A stretch of 64,000 bases of DNA from Coriobacteriales bacterium (lineage in GTDB: Bacteria; Actinomycetota; Coriobacteriia; Coriobacteriales; UBA8131), in NCBI GenBank assembly GCA_031264075.1, contig JAISEO010000092.1, positions 15,083 to 79,082 on the forward strand, written 5' to 3'. This document shows positions 39,001 through 47,934 of the stretch, one piece after another. The notes beneath the pieces were generated by a model, which ran no database searches, was not told the origin of the DNA, and was given only the letters and a program-made list of their open reading frames with translations. Numbering within the stretch: position 1 is the stretch's first letter; each line of letters begins with the position of its first letter. Both the position numbers and the translations under genes were made by a program.

Positions 39001-39189
39001 ATGAGGACTTTGGAAAGAGAGATAACCAGGGAACAGGCTCAACTGCTCTTTAACATCGATAGCACCATGACCGCCCCCAGGTACCGATTGATACTGAAAC
39101 CAGAGATCATCGCCGAGCCTTTCAAAAGCGAGCAGGAGGCCATGGATTGGATTGAGACAGCAACCGCTGAATTGTGGAAAGAGCTATGA
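39001..39189 (+). CDS. putative antitoxin of the MazF-like toxin
   Basis: 62-aa ORF. Its stop overlaps the toxin start (ATGA). No recognisable motif, so the call rests on position only. Confidence 0.4.
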   Translation: MRTLEREITREQAQLLFNIDSTMTAPRYRLILKPEIIAEPFKSEQEAMDWIETATAELWKEL

Positions 39190-39506
39190 GAAGGTTCGAC
39201 ATCGTTATCGTCTCCGGCGGCATCTATGCCGATAAGCACAGACCGGGTATCTTCGTTCAGGTTGTTGACGATATGGACGAAGACAGCCTGACCGTTGTTC
39301 CGTTGACCTCTGAAGCCAGGGACTCTAAGTGGTGGATACAGGTTGATCCCGATGAACAGAACGGCCTTGTGACAACCTCGTATATGATGGTCAACAAGAT
39401 AACCACCGTGCGAAAGAAGAATGCCCGTGATGTTGTTGGTCATTTGGCTGACGTGCACTGTGTTCTTCTGGAGCAAAGACTCCAGGAGTTCTTGGGGTTT
39501 GAGTAA
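39186..39506 (+). CDS. MazF/PemK-like toxin
   Basis: MRRFDIVIVS..DKHRPGIFVQVV..LTVVPLTSE.. fits the SH3-like PemK pattern (weak to moderate). Confidence 0.55.
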   Translation: MRRFDIVIVSGGIYADKHRPGIFVQVVDDMDEDSLTVVPLTSEARDSKWWIQVDPDEQNGLVTTSYMMVNKITTVRKKNARDVVGHLADVHCVLLEQRLQEFLGFE

Positions 39507-39743
39507 TTCACTAAGGGGACAGGGCAACTGTGTCACAGGTACTCTCGGCTCAGGCGAAAATCCTGCTCGCCATTCATCAGTTACCTGCTTGCGGCAAGAC
39601 GCTGGAGCTCGGCTATATCTTCATCCGAGGGCTTCTCAAACACCTCGTTCTTGAATCTCTTAGACGTTTTTTCTGAAATCTTCATATTGACAATCTCGCG
39701 CTTGACCTCATAGTCGATACCGTCTTGCAGGGAGTGGGTCGCA

Positions 39744-39772
39744 TTGCAATTCGCAGACACCTTGTGTATACT
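39744..39772 (+). promoter_or_regulatory. candidate promoter of the AbrB-PIN pair
   Basis: TTGCAA, 17-bp spacer, TATACT. An RBS (aggagg) lies before the ATG at 39826. Confidence 0.4.
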
Positions 39773-39825
39773 CTGAGTAGGGTAAGTAGGGAATTATCCC
39801 TTGCGCCTTACAGGAGGTAAGCAGT

Positions 39826-40101
39826 ATGGAAAGTATATTGGTTGATAACGCAAAGGTCATGTCCAAAGGCCAGATAACCCTGCCTAAAAGCATCCGCTCT
39901 GCCCTCGGTCTGACAACGGGAGACAGAGTGACATTGATAAAGCAGAATGACCAGGTCATCATGATGAATTCCGCAGTCTACGCGATGAAGATGCTCCAGA
40001 CCGCTATGGCAGGCGAGGCGGAGAAAGCGGGACTGCGAAGTGATGACGACGTTGCCACAATGATTATGGAAATGCGGGCCGAAGAGAGAGGAAGTGTCTG
40101 A
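39826..40101 (+). CDS. AbrB/MazE/SpoVT-family antitoxin
   Basis: ..KVMSKGQITLPKSIRSALGLTTGDRVTLI.. is the SpoVT-AbrB swapped-hairpin motif. Confidence 0.8.
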   Translation: MESILVDNAKVMSKGQITLPKSIRSALGLTTGDRVTLIKQNDQVIMMNSAVYAMKMLQTAMAGEAEKAGLRSDDDVATMIMEMRAEERGSV

Positions 40102-40496
40102 TCGACACCAACATCCTCGTGTCAGCCGCGTTGTGGCCGCAGAGTGTTCCCGCACAGGCATTCATGAAAGCCGTAGCCACACCCGGCGATGCTGTTGTTT
40201 GCGACTATTCAATGGACGAGATGCGCAGGGTATTCAATGAGAAGTTCCCACATCGTATAGCAGAGTATGAGGGCTTCGTGTCGCGCATGGCCCTGTCCGT
40301 CGAGATTGTTTTCACACCGCCAGACAACGAGTCGCATGAGTGCGAAGACAGGGTTCGCGACGTAAAGGATCGCCCGATTCTTCGCGCGGCTTTGGCAGCA
40401 CAGGTGGACACGATAATCACGGGAGATAAGGACTTCCTGGAAGCGGACTTGGAAAGGCCAGAGACACTGACGGCGGCACAGTTCCTTGCATGCTGA
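40098..40496 (+). CDS. PIN-domain toxin
   Basis: ..LIDTNILVSAAL.. at the N-terminus and ..DRPILRAALAAQVDTIITGDKDF.. later. No ATG, GTG or TTG lies upstream of the conserved LIDTN, so the start is probably the CTG at 40098, which overlaps the antitoxin stop. The GTG at 40119 is the alternative. Confidence 0.7.
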   Translation: MIDTNILVSAALWPQSVPAQAFMKAVATPGDAVVCDYSMDEMRRVFNEKFPHRIAEYEGFVSRMALSVEIVFTPPDNESHECEDRVRDVKDRPILRAALAAQVDTIITGDKDFLEADLERPETLTAAQFLAC

Positions 40497-40640
40497 AAAG
40501 GGACGGGGGTTGGGGCAGATTTCCCTGTTTCCGCCAGCGCATTTCGAGGCATTGCCCGATATCTGGCCTTCCTCATGTTATGAACTCGCGCAATCGTGTT
40601 ATCATGGGCATACCCGATTACCGAGTGAGAGGAATGAATC

Positions 40641-40964
40641 ATGGCACAGGTAACTGAGTTGACCTCCAAAGATTTTGATGCCACTATCCAGAGTTCCGAG
40701 AAGCCGGTGCTCATCGACTTCTGGGCGGGCTGGTGCGGGCCGTGTCGCGCGCTTGCTCCCATTGTTGAGCAGATGGCAGAAGAGTACGCCGACACAATCG
40801 TCGTTGGCAAGGTGGACATCGACGCCGAGCCGGCTCTCGCGCAGCGGTATCACGTCATGTCCATTCCCTGCGTCATCCTCTTCAAAGACGGCGAGGCCGT
40901 TGCCCAGAGCATGGGCGCCGTGCCCAAAGAGGAACTGGTCAGTCGCTTCTCGGCGTATCTGTAA
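40641..40964 (+). CDS. trxA: thioredoxin
   Basis: 107 aa with FWAGWCGPCR active site. Confidence 0.9.
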   Translation: MAQVTELTSKDFDATIQSSEKPVLIDFWAGWCGPCRALAPIVEQMAEEYADTIVVGKVDIDAEPALAQRYHVMSIPCVILFKDGEAVAQSMGAVPKEELVSRFSAYL

Positions 40965-41057
40965 TCCTCTCCCTCAGGCAACAGAGATCCAGCACCCTGG
41001 TTGTACGCGTGCAGTCTGACGCGCTGATTCCAGCAGGCTGGCAGTAAGGAGCATCCT

Positions 41058-41312
41058 ATGTGTACCCATGGCGTTAACGCAAATCAGCTCAAGGGCACCA
41101 TCGAGCAGATAGATGAGGCGGTGGCACTCTGTCGCCGTTGGACGCACCGAGCCTATCACAGCGCCGACGACGGCCAGCTTGCCCGGACTGCCGCCTCGCT
41201 TATGAAGACCCAGGGCCTCCTGGACGAGGTGCGCGCCCTGCTTGACGAAGCCGGCGAGTTGGTCGAGAAAGACGCGGCCCTGGCTCCCGATGTTTCCGTT
41301 AAGGCTCTGTAG
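41058..41312 (+). CDS. hypothetical small helical protein
   Basis: 84-aa ORF. Its stop overlaps the nikR start. No recognisable motif. Confidence 0.3.
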   Translation: MCTHGVNANQLKGTIEQIDEAVALCRRWTHRAYHSADDGQLARTAASLMKTQGLLDEVRALLDEAGELVEKDAALAPDVSVKAL

Positions 41313-41731
41313 TGGGAGAGCTCGTACGCTTCTCGGTGGCCATGCCTGAAGAACTGCTGATGCAGTTCGATAATCTCGTGGCGCGCCGTGGCCTTGCCAA
41401 GAACCGCTCGGAGGTTATCCGCGACCTGGTACGGACAAGCCTTGTGGACGAGGAGTGGGACGACCCCGATGCCGAAATAGTCGGCACGCTGAGCATCGTC
41501 TTCAACCACCACGCCCCCGACCTGCAGGGCAAGCTCGACCTCATCCAGCACGCCCACTATGACAAGATCGTCTCCACCATGCATGTGCATCTGGACGCCC
41601 ACAATTGCCTGGAGGTTATCGTGTTGCGCGGCCAGAGCAAGCAGATTCGCGCCATTGCCGAGTCCATTCTCGGTGTCAAGGGGGTCAAGCACGGGCGCCT
41701 CACGGCTACCACCACCGGCAAATATATCTGA
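41312..41731 (+). CDS. nikR: nickel-responsive regulator NikR
   Basis: Ribbon-helix-helix N-terminus (VRFSVAMPEELLMQFD..). The C-terminal ACT-like domain has HH/H/C nickel ligands (..FNHH.. ..HVHLDAHNCLEV..). Confidence 0.85.
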   Translation: MGELVRFSVAMPEELLMQFDNLVARRGLAKNRSEVIRDLVRTSLVDEEWDDPDAEIVGTLSIVFNHHAPDLQGKLDLIQHAHYDKIVSTMHVHLDAHNCLEVIVLRGQSKQIRAIAESILGVKGVKHGRLTATTTGKYI

Positions 41732-44364
41732 TGGCAGTAGAGTCCTGGCGCATCCATGTCGAGGGCATCGTGCAGGGCGTCGGGTTCCGACCCTTTGTGT
41801 TTCGCCTGGCCCAGGAGCTCGGCCTGCATGGCTGGGTTAACAATGCCGCTGACGGCGTGCATATCCTTGCGCGGGGTACGGACGCACAGCTTGAGGAGTT
41901 TTTGCGTGAGCTGAGAGGGCGAAGACCCGCGGCGGCCGCGATCACGGATATCAGCTGGCAAGAGACCGACGAGCCCTGCGAGAACGGCTTTTTCATAGCT
42001 GCGTCCCAAGTCCAGCCCGGCAGGCGCACGCTTGTCTCACCGGATCTGGCCACCTGTCCCGAGTGCCTCGCCGAACTGCTGGACGCCACCGACCGACGCT
42101 TCCACTACCCCTTCATCAACTGCACCAACTGTGGGCCGCGCTTTACCATCATCAGGAACCTGCCCTACGACCGTGCTCGCACCACCATGGCGGCCTTTGC
42201 AATGTGCGAGCCCTGCGAGCACGAATACCATGACCCGGCAAACCGACGCTTTCACGCGCAGCCTGATGCCTGCTTTGCCTGCGGGCCCCACCTGGAACTG
42301 CGTATCCCTGAGACGGCGGAGCAGCTGAGCGGCACCACGCAGGCGGAAAGCGATGCCGTGCTCCGGCGCAGTGTCGAGTTGCTCGGGCAGGGCAGTATCC
42401 TCGCCATCAAGGGGCTCGGCGGCTATCACCTGGCCTGCGATGCCACGAATGAGGAGGCGGTAGCAAGGCTGAGGGAACGCAAGCGCAGGCCGCGTAAGCC
42501 ACTGGCCGTGATGTATGCGAGCCTTGAGGCCGTGCGCGCGCGCTTTGCGGTCAACAGCGGTGAGGCTGCCCTGCTGACGAGTCCGGCCGCCCCCATCGTG
42601 CTCCTTCGTGGCAGCACTTCGGCCGGCCGGCCAGCGCCGTGCGGGCACCGAAGGCCGCTTGCGTATGCGGTGTGCTGCGGTCTTGCCGAGACGGGGGTCA
42701 TGCTGCCTGCCACGCCCCTGCACCACCTCCTGCTCAAAGCGATGGACACGCCCCTGGTCATGACCTCGGGCAATGTCAGCGAAGAGCCCATCATCGGTGA
42801 CGACGCGCTGGCCCAGGAGCTGCTCGGAGGGATAGCCGATGCCTTTCTGCTGCACGATCGCCCGATAGTGTCACGCTACGACGACAGTGTCGTCAGGGTT
42901 CTGGCAAGCCCGTGTCTTGACAGGGCCGGGACAGTTGCCCCGTCCCCCAGTCCCTCGGCGCGCACCTCGGTGCGACCCTCGTGCCATCCCCTGACTCTCA
43001 CGACCCAGTTCGTCCGTCGCGCCCGTGGTTATGCGCCCGCCCCTCTCGCAGTGCCGGTCGCGACCGCCCCCGGTGAGGTGCTGCTGGCCACAGGGCCCGA
43101 GCAGAAGAGCAGCTTCTGTCTCGCGAGCGGCACCGACGCCTTCGTCTCGCAGCATCTGGGCAACCTGGACAATGCAGACTCCTTTGCCACCTACCTGGAC
43201 ACCATCCAGCTCTACGAAGAACTTTTCGCGCTTCAACCCACCGCCCTGGTCGCGGATCTGCATCCCGAGTATCTCAGCACCAGGTGGGCACAGGAACAGA
43301 GCGCGGAGCGCGGTATACCCCTGCTGCAGGTGCAGCACCATCATGCCCATATCGCGGCGGTCATCGCAGAGAACATGAGGGAGGCGGGGACAGGGGGGAC
43401 GAAAGGGGGACGGGGCAACGGGCCCACGAACTCCAGTGGGTCCGTTGCCCCGTCCCCCTGTCCCAGCAGCCTTGCCCCTCCCTTCCCTGTCCTGTCATCA
43501 GAGCAGGAGGTCATCGGCATCGCCCTTGACGGCACGGGTTACGGCACAGATGGCACCATCTGGGGTGGCGAGCTACTGGTGGCCTCACTGCAGGATGCCT
43601 CACGGTTCGCTCATCTGGAGTGCTTCCCGCTCCCCGGCGGCTCCCAGGCTATCAGGCATCCGCTGCGCGCCGCCTGTGCCCTGCTGCTCTACCAGGGGCT
43701 GGCCGAGCATCCGGCGGCCCGTGGCGTCAGGGAACGCTTGGGAGAGGCCAGCTTCGGACTCATCAAGCAGATGCTGGAGAAAGGTGTCAACGCGCCTTTG
43801 ACCTCCTCGGCGGGTAGGCTTTTTGATGTGGTGAGTGCGCTGCTCGGCATCTGTGATGAGGCAAGCTACGAGGGCGAGCCAGCCATTTTGCTGGAAGCGG
43901 CGATGAGCGGCGGGGGAGGAGCCTCCCTTGCTGCTTCCTGCGCCCCCTCTTCCGATACTTTCTTCGGTGCCTCGCCTGCTCCCCCCCTCGCCACCCCCTA
44001 TATCATGAGTACACGCAGCATCATCCGTGACATCCTCGACGGGATAGAGGCTGGTGTTTCGGTGGCGGCGCTCTCCCGGCAGTTTCACGAGGCCTTCATG
44101 GGCATCTGCGTGGATGCGGCCGTGCTTGCCCGCGAGAAAACGGGCCTGGAGCTGGTAGCCCTCTCCGGCGGGGTCTTCAACAACCGCTTCCTCGCTACCC
44201 ATATGCCCGTGCTGCTGCAACAGGCGGGCTTTGTTGTACTCACCCACCTGCAGCTGCCACCAAACGACGGCTGCATCTCCTATGGCCAGGCTGCGGTGGC
44301 CTGCGCACGGCTCTCCCAGAACTTTCCCAGGCCCAAAGCTGGTACACTTACCGTATGTGTTTAG
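41731..44364 (+). CDS. hypF: [NiFe]-hydrogenase maturation carbamoyltransferase HypF
   Basis: Acylphosphatase start (..VEGIVQGVGFRPFV..), two Zn fingers (CPECLAEL..CTNCGPRF; CEPCEHEY..CFACGP), a YrdC-like region and a Kae1-like region (..VQHHHAHIAA.. ..GIALDGTGYG..). It is about 100 aa longer than I would expect. Confidence 0.9.
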   Translation: MAVESWRIHVEGIVQGVGFRPFVFRLAQELGLHGWVNNAADGVHILARGTDAQLEEFLRELRGRRPAAAAITDISWQETDEPCENGFFIAASQVQPGRRTLVSPDLATCPECLAELLDATDRRFHYPFINCTNCGPRFTIIRNLPYDRARTTMAAFAMCEPCEHEYHDPANRRFHAQPDACFACGPHLELRIPETAEQLSGTTQAESDAVLRRSVELLGQGSILAIKGLGGYHLACDATNEEAVARLRERKRRPRKPLAVMYASLEAVRARFAVNSGEAALLTSPAAPIVLLRGSTSAGRPAPCGHRRPLAYAVCCGLAETGVMLPATPLHHLLLKAMDTPLVMTSGNVSEEPIIGDDALAQELLGGIADAFLLHDRPIVSRYDDSVVRVLASPCLDRAGTVAPSPSPSARTSVRPSCHPLTLTTQFVRRARGYAPAPLAVPVATAPGEVLLATGPEQKSSFCLASGTDAFVSQHLGNLDNADSFATYLDTIQLYEELFALQPTALVADLHPEYLSTRWAQEQSAERGIPLLQVQHHHAHIAAVIAENMREAGTGGTKGGRGNGPTNSSGSVAPSPCPSSLAPPFPVLSSEQEVIGIALDGTGYGTDGTIWGGELLVASLQDASRFAHLECFPLPGGSQAIRHPLRAACALLLYQGLAEHPAARGVRERLGEASFGLIKQMLEKGVNAPLTSSAGRLFDVVSALLGICDEASYEGEPAILLEAAMSGGGGASLAASCAPSSDTFFGASPAPPLATPYIMSTRSIIRDILDGIEAGVSVAALSRQFHEAFMGICVDAAVLAREKTGLELVALSGGVFNNRFLATHMPVLLQQAGFVVLTHLQLPPNDGCISYGQAAVACARLSQNFPRPKAGTLTVCV
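42934..42948. repeat. right-arm copy of the GC-rich palindromic element inside hypF
   Basis: gttgccccgtccccc, identical to the arms at 36414 and 43444. Translated in frame as VAPSP. Confidence 0.7.
43405..43458. repeat. complete GC-rich palindromic element inside hypF
   Basis: gggggacggggcaac, 24 nt, gttgccccgtccccc. Perfect arms, and the loop is related to that of the 36374 copy. Translated in frame. Confidence 0.85.
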
Positions 44365-44591
44365 CCATTCCCGCACAGATCCTGTCCATTGATGAGGGCA
44401 GAGTTGCCTCCGTGAGTATACTCGGGGTGTCCCGCGCGGCTGCCCTGGATCTGGTGCCCCAGGCTGAGCTCGGCGACTATGTGCTGGTACACGCCGGTTA
44501 TGCCATAGAGATAATCGATGAGCGCATGGCGCGTGAGACGCTGGATCTTATTGCCGAGTTTCCTGAGTTGGCCGACCAGGGAGGGTTCTAG
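44355..44591 (+). CDS. hypC: hydrogenase maturation chaperone HypC
   Basis: MCLAIPAQI.. N-terminal Cys2. 78 aa. Confidence 0.9.
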   Translation: MCLAIPAQILSIDEGRVASVSILGVSRAAALDLVPQAELGDYVLVHAGYAIEIIDERMARETLDLIAEFPELADQGGF

Positions 44592-44600
44592 GGGCTTCAG

Positions 44601-45725
44601 ATGGACAGGGCACTTCTCGACAGATTCAAGGATCCCGAGCTCAGTCGTGGCCTGGTTGCCCGCATCTTCAAGCTCTCAGAAGAACTGGACGGCACACGGG
44701 GCCGCACCCCCCTCAACATCATGGAGGTCTGTGGCACGCATACCGTAGCCATCGCGCGGAGCGGGCTTGCCGGCCTGCTGCCCGAGAGCATCCGGCTCAT
44801 CAGTGGTCCGGGCTGTCCGGTCTGCGTGACGGCAAACAGCAGCATCGACCACGTTATCGCGGCCTCGCGCCTGCCGGATGTGGTTCTGACAACCTTTGGC
44901 GACATGATGCGGGTGCCCGGCTCAAGCACCAGCCTGCAGGAGCGCAGGGCAGAGGGAGCCAGGGTCGAGGTGGTGTACTCGCCGCTCGATGCCCTGGAAC
45001 TGGCCGCCCGGAGTCCCGAGCAGCAGTACATCTTTGTGGCGGTGGGTTTTGAGACCACCACACCGCTGGTTGCCGCTACGATCAAGCGCGCCGCCAGCGC
45101 CGGCGTAGACAACTTCTCCGTTCTCAGCTCCCAGAAGCGCGTGGCGCCCGCCCTCGATGCCCTGGCGCACGACCCTGACGTGGCGCTCGATGCCCTGATA
45201 CTGCCGGGCCACGTGAGCACCATCCTCGGCGTAGCGCCCTACCGGTTTCTGGCTGAGCAGTACGGCATTCCAGGTGTGATTGCCGGGTTTGAGCCCGTAG
45301 ACCTCCTGCTGGCCCTGGCGGAGCTTTTGGAACAGCTGGTGCAGCAGCGCCCCCGTATAGAGATAGCCTACGGGCGAGCGGTACACGAGCACGGCAACGA
45401 ACAGGCGCGCGCGGTCATTGACGAGGTGTTTGAGGTAGCGGACGCCACCTGGCGTGGCCTCGGCCCCATTCCCCGTTCCGGCCATGTGTTGCGCAGGGAG
45501 TATGCCCGCTTTGATGCCCTGCAACGTTTTGACATCGCGTCGCGTACCGAGCCCACCGTCGAGCCCCGGGGTTGCCGCTGTGGGGATGTGTTGCGCGGCG
45601 TCATAACTCCCGGCGAGTGCTCCCTCTTCGGCACGGCCTGCACGCCGGTCAACCCCGTGGGGCCCTGTATGGTATCGGGCGAGGGCAGCTGCGCGGCCTG
45701 GTACAGATATAAGTTGGGCGCGTGA
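44601..45725 (+). CDS. hypD: hydrogenase maturation protein HypD
   Basis: ..MEVCGTHT.. ..GPGCPVCV.. ..GFETT.. motifs. Confidence 0.9.
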   Translation: MDRALLDRFKDPELSRGLVARIFKLSEELDGTRGRTPLNIMEVCGTHTVAIARSGLAGLLPESIRLISGPGCPVCVTANSSIDHVIAASRLPDVVLTTFGDMMRVPGSSTSLQERRAEGARVEVVYSPLDALELAARSPEQQYIFVAVGFETTTPLVAATIKRAASAGVDNFSVLSSQKRVAPALDALAHDPDVALDALILPGHVSTILGVAPYRFLAEQYGIPGVIAGFEPVDLLLALAELLEQLVQQRPRIEIAYGRAVHEHGNEQARAVIDEVFEVADATWRGLGPIPRSGHVLRREYARFDALQRFDIASRTEPTVEPRGCRCGDVLRGVITPGECSLFGTACTPVNPVGPCMVSGEGSCAAWYRYKLGA

Positions 45726-45726
45726 G

Positions 45727-46809
45727 ATGGAAAGGCTCGTCACGATGGCGCACGGCAGCGGCGGCACGCAGATGAGCAGTCTCATCCGGGACGTCTTTAC
45801 GAGCGCCTATGGCAATGAACTGCTGCTCACCGGCGATGATGCCGCGGTTTTGGAGATAACAGCACTGCAGGAGCCGGGCGCCCGCCTGGCCTTCTCTACC
45901 GACAGCTACGTGGTAACGCCCCATTTCTTTGCCGGTGGTGACATCGGACGCCTTGCCGTGTGTGGCACGGTCAACGACCTGGCTACCAGCGGTGCCCAGC
46001 CACTCTACCTCTCCCTCGGATTCATACTGGAAGAGGGATTTGAGCTCGACAGTCTCAGGCGCATCACCGCGAGCATTGCCGCTGCAGCCCAGGAGGCGGG
46101 CGTGCGCATCGTCACCGGCGACACCAAGGTCGTCGAGCGCGGCAAGGGCGACGGCATCTATATCAACAGCAGTGGGGTAGGGCTTATCGCGCCGGGTGTT
46201 GCGCTCAGTGGGCGGAGCTGCCTGCCGGGTGACACCATCCTGCTCTCCGGCACCCTCGGCGACCACGGCATCACCATTGTGTCGGCGCGGGAGGGCCTGC
46301 GCTTCGAGGCACCGGTGGAAAGTGACGCCGCTCCCCTGGGTGAGCTGGTGCAGGCGGTGCTTGCCGCGGCACCCAGAACCCGTTGCTTCCGTGACCCCAC
46401 GCGCGGCGGCCTGGCCTCTACGCTCAATGAGTTGGCCCAGCAGAGTCACACCTGTATGCTCGTAGACGAAGACGCCGTGCCGGTACAGGATGCCGTACGC
46501 GGCGCGTGCGATCTGCTCGGTTACGACCTCTATCACCTGGCAAACGAGGGTAAGATGGTGGCCATCGTGCCGCCCGAGCAGGCCGAGGATGCGCTCGCTG
46601 CCCTGCGCCACAACCGCTACGGGGAGGAGGCGGCCATCATTGGTACCGTCACAGCGGCCGATGAGCAGGGGCTTTTGCACTCCCCGGAGCTTCCGAGAAC
46701 ACAGGAACTCCCGCGTACCGCCGTGGCACGAGCCCTTGTACGCACGGCGCTCGGCACGCTGAGGATAATGGACGTCCTCACCGGTGAGCAGCTCCCGAGG
46801 ATCTGCTGA
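45727..46809 (+). CDS. hypE: hydrogenase maturation protein HypE
   Basis: ..MAHGSGG.. at the N-terminus, a PurM-like fold, and the C-terminal ..PRIC. Confidence 0.9.
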   Translation: MERLVTMAHGSGGTQMSSLIRDVFTSAYGNELLLTGDDAAVLEITALQEPGARLAFSTDSYVVTPHFFAGGDIGRLAVCGTVNDLATSGAQPLYLSLGFILEEGFELDSLRRITASIAAAAQEAGVRIVTGDTKVVERGKGDGIYINSSGVGLIAPGVALSGRSCLPGDTILLSGTLGDHGITIVSAREGLRFEAPVESDAAPLGELVQAVLAAAPRTRCFRDPTRGGLASTLNELAQQSHTCMLVDEDAVPVQDAVRGACDLLGYDLYHLANEGKMVAIVPPEQAEDALAALRHNRYGEEAAIIGTVTAADEQGLLHSPELPRTQELPRTAVARALVRTALGTLRIMDVLTGEQLPRIC

Positions 46810-46810
46810 C

Positions 46811-47494
46811 ATGGCCACACAGCCTTCTCAAGGGCCAGCCAAAAAACCCAACAGGGCCGCAGCCACAGGATCCGGCAGAACCTCTGGCAAAGGGTCTGGC
46901 AAAACATCGGACAAGGTGCTTGCCAAAAAGCCAGGAACCGGCATGGGCACAGGGCCGTCCGCACAGGCCAGCCCCGGAGAGGCCCTGGACTTTACGGCCC
47001 TGCGAACCGCAGTGCTGGAGCCCTGGCGACCCTTTTTGCATGGCAACCGCTTTGCGAGCCTTGTTGCGGTCAAGGGAATCCCCGGTAGGGCAGAACAGTC
47101 CGGGCAGCCGTTTTTCGGGGCGGACGGAGAGGCCCTGGAAAGCGCGCTGCTTGCCCTGGGATGGCAGAGCAACAGCTGGTGCGGTATCGTCCTCGAGCTT
47201 CCCGACAGGGCTCAGCTTACTGCCGCTGAACTCCGACTGCTTGTCGAGACCATCGATCCCCGGGCGCTGCTTGCCCTGGACCGGCCGGCCCTGCGTGGTA
47301 TTCAAGAGGGTTTTGGGGAGGAACTGCTGCCTCGTGTTCCCGAGCCGGGCCAGAAGTGTTGGCTGCTCGGCAGAGCACTGGTGTTTGTGGATGGATTTGA
47401 AGCGGCACTGGTCTCGGATGATGGCGGAGAGGCCAAGCGCCGGGTCTGGCGGGAATTAAAGGCTTTGAAGACTTTGAAGGTCCAGGGGAACTAG
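46811..47494 (+). CDS. hypothetical protein, weakly uracil-DNA-glycosylase-superfamily-like
   Basis: Basic, disordered N-terminus. ..GIPGRAEQSGQPFFGADGEALESALLALG.. resembles the family-4 UDG motif, but the match is weak. Confidence 0.35.
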   Translation: MATQPSQGPAKKPNRAAATGSGRTSGKGSGKTSDKVLAKKPGTGMGTGPSAQASPGEALDFTALRTAVLEPWRPFLHGNRFASLVAVKGIPGRAEQSGQPFFGADGEALESALLALGWQSNSWCGIVLELPDRAQLTAAELRLLVETIDPRALLALDRPALRGIQEGFGEELLPRVPEPGQKCWLLGRALVFVDGFEAALVSDDGGEAKRRVWRELKALKTLKVQGN

Positions 47495-47679
47495 TCTTCC
47501 TCTATCTCTTCAATCGCTCCCATCGGGCATTCCTCCATACAATCACCGCAGGCGGTGCAGGCTTCTTCGTTCACCGGTGCGGCTACGTTATTAACGATGT
47601 CCAGAACACCCTGCTCACAGGCATCTACACAGATCCCGCAGGCAGAACACTCATCAGCGTTGATGATAGGACGTGGCAT
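47491..47679 (-). CDS. 2x[4Fe-4S] ferredoxin
   Basis: 62 aa with CSACGICVDAC and CTACGDCMEEC clusters. Confidence 0.8.
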   Translation of the reverse strand: MPRPIINADECSACGICVDACEQGVLDIVNNVAAPVNEEACTACGDCMEECPMGAIEEIEED

Positions 47680-47934
47680 TGTTGCTCCTCCCGACGATAC
47701 ACGAATATCTTCTGGTTTTGGTCGTAGCTTTTGACTCTGTTACTACCTCTTGACGCGAGCAGTACCTCTCGACGCACCATCCTGGCTTGCCGTCTCGCTC
47801 GCGTGAATATACAGAAAAGAGTCGTCCTGTGCAAGTACTATTTTTCAGCAACTGCTAAACGGCGGGTCAGACGGCGATATATGTTAGAATACCACCAAGT
47901 AAATTGTTCGCACGAGGGAAGGACGGTAGGACCT

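Noticed and set aside
36374-43458. Interpretation of the GGGGACGGGGCAAC...GTTGCCCCGTCCCC elements as integron attC sites.
   Set aside because: Only the AAC/GTT triplets fit the RYYYAAC/GTTRRRY cores. The arms are perfect rather than bulged. Two copies sit inside hypF, and no IntI-type integrase is in the window. I kept this only as an alternative to test.
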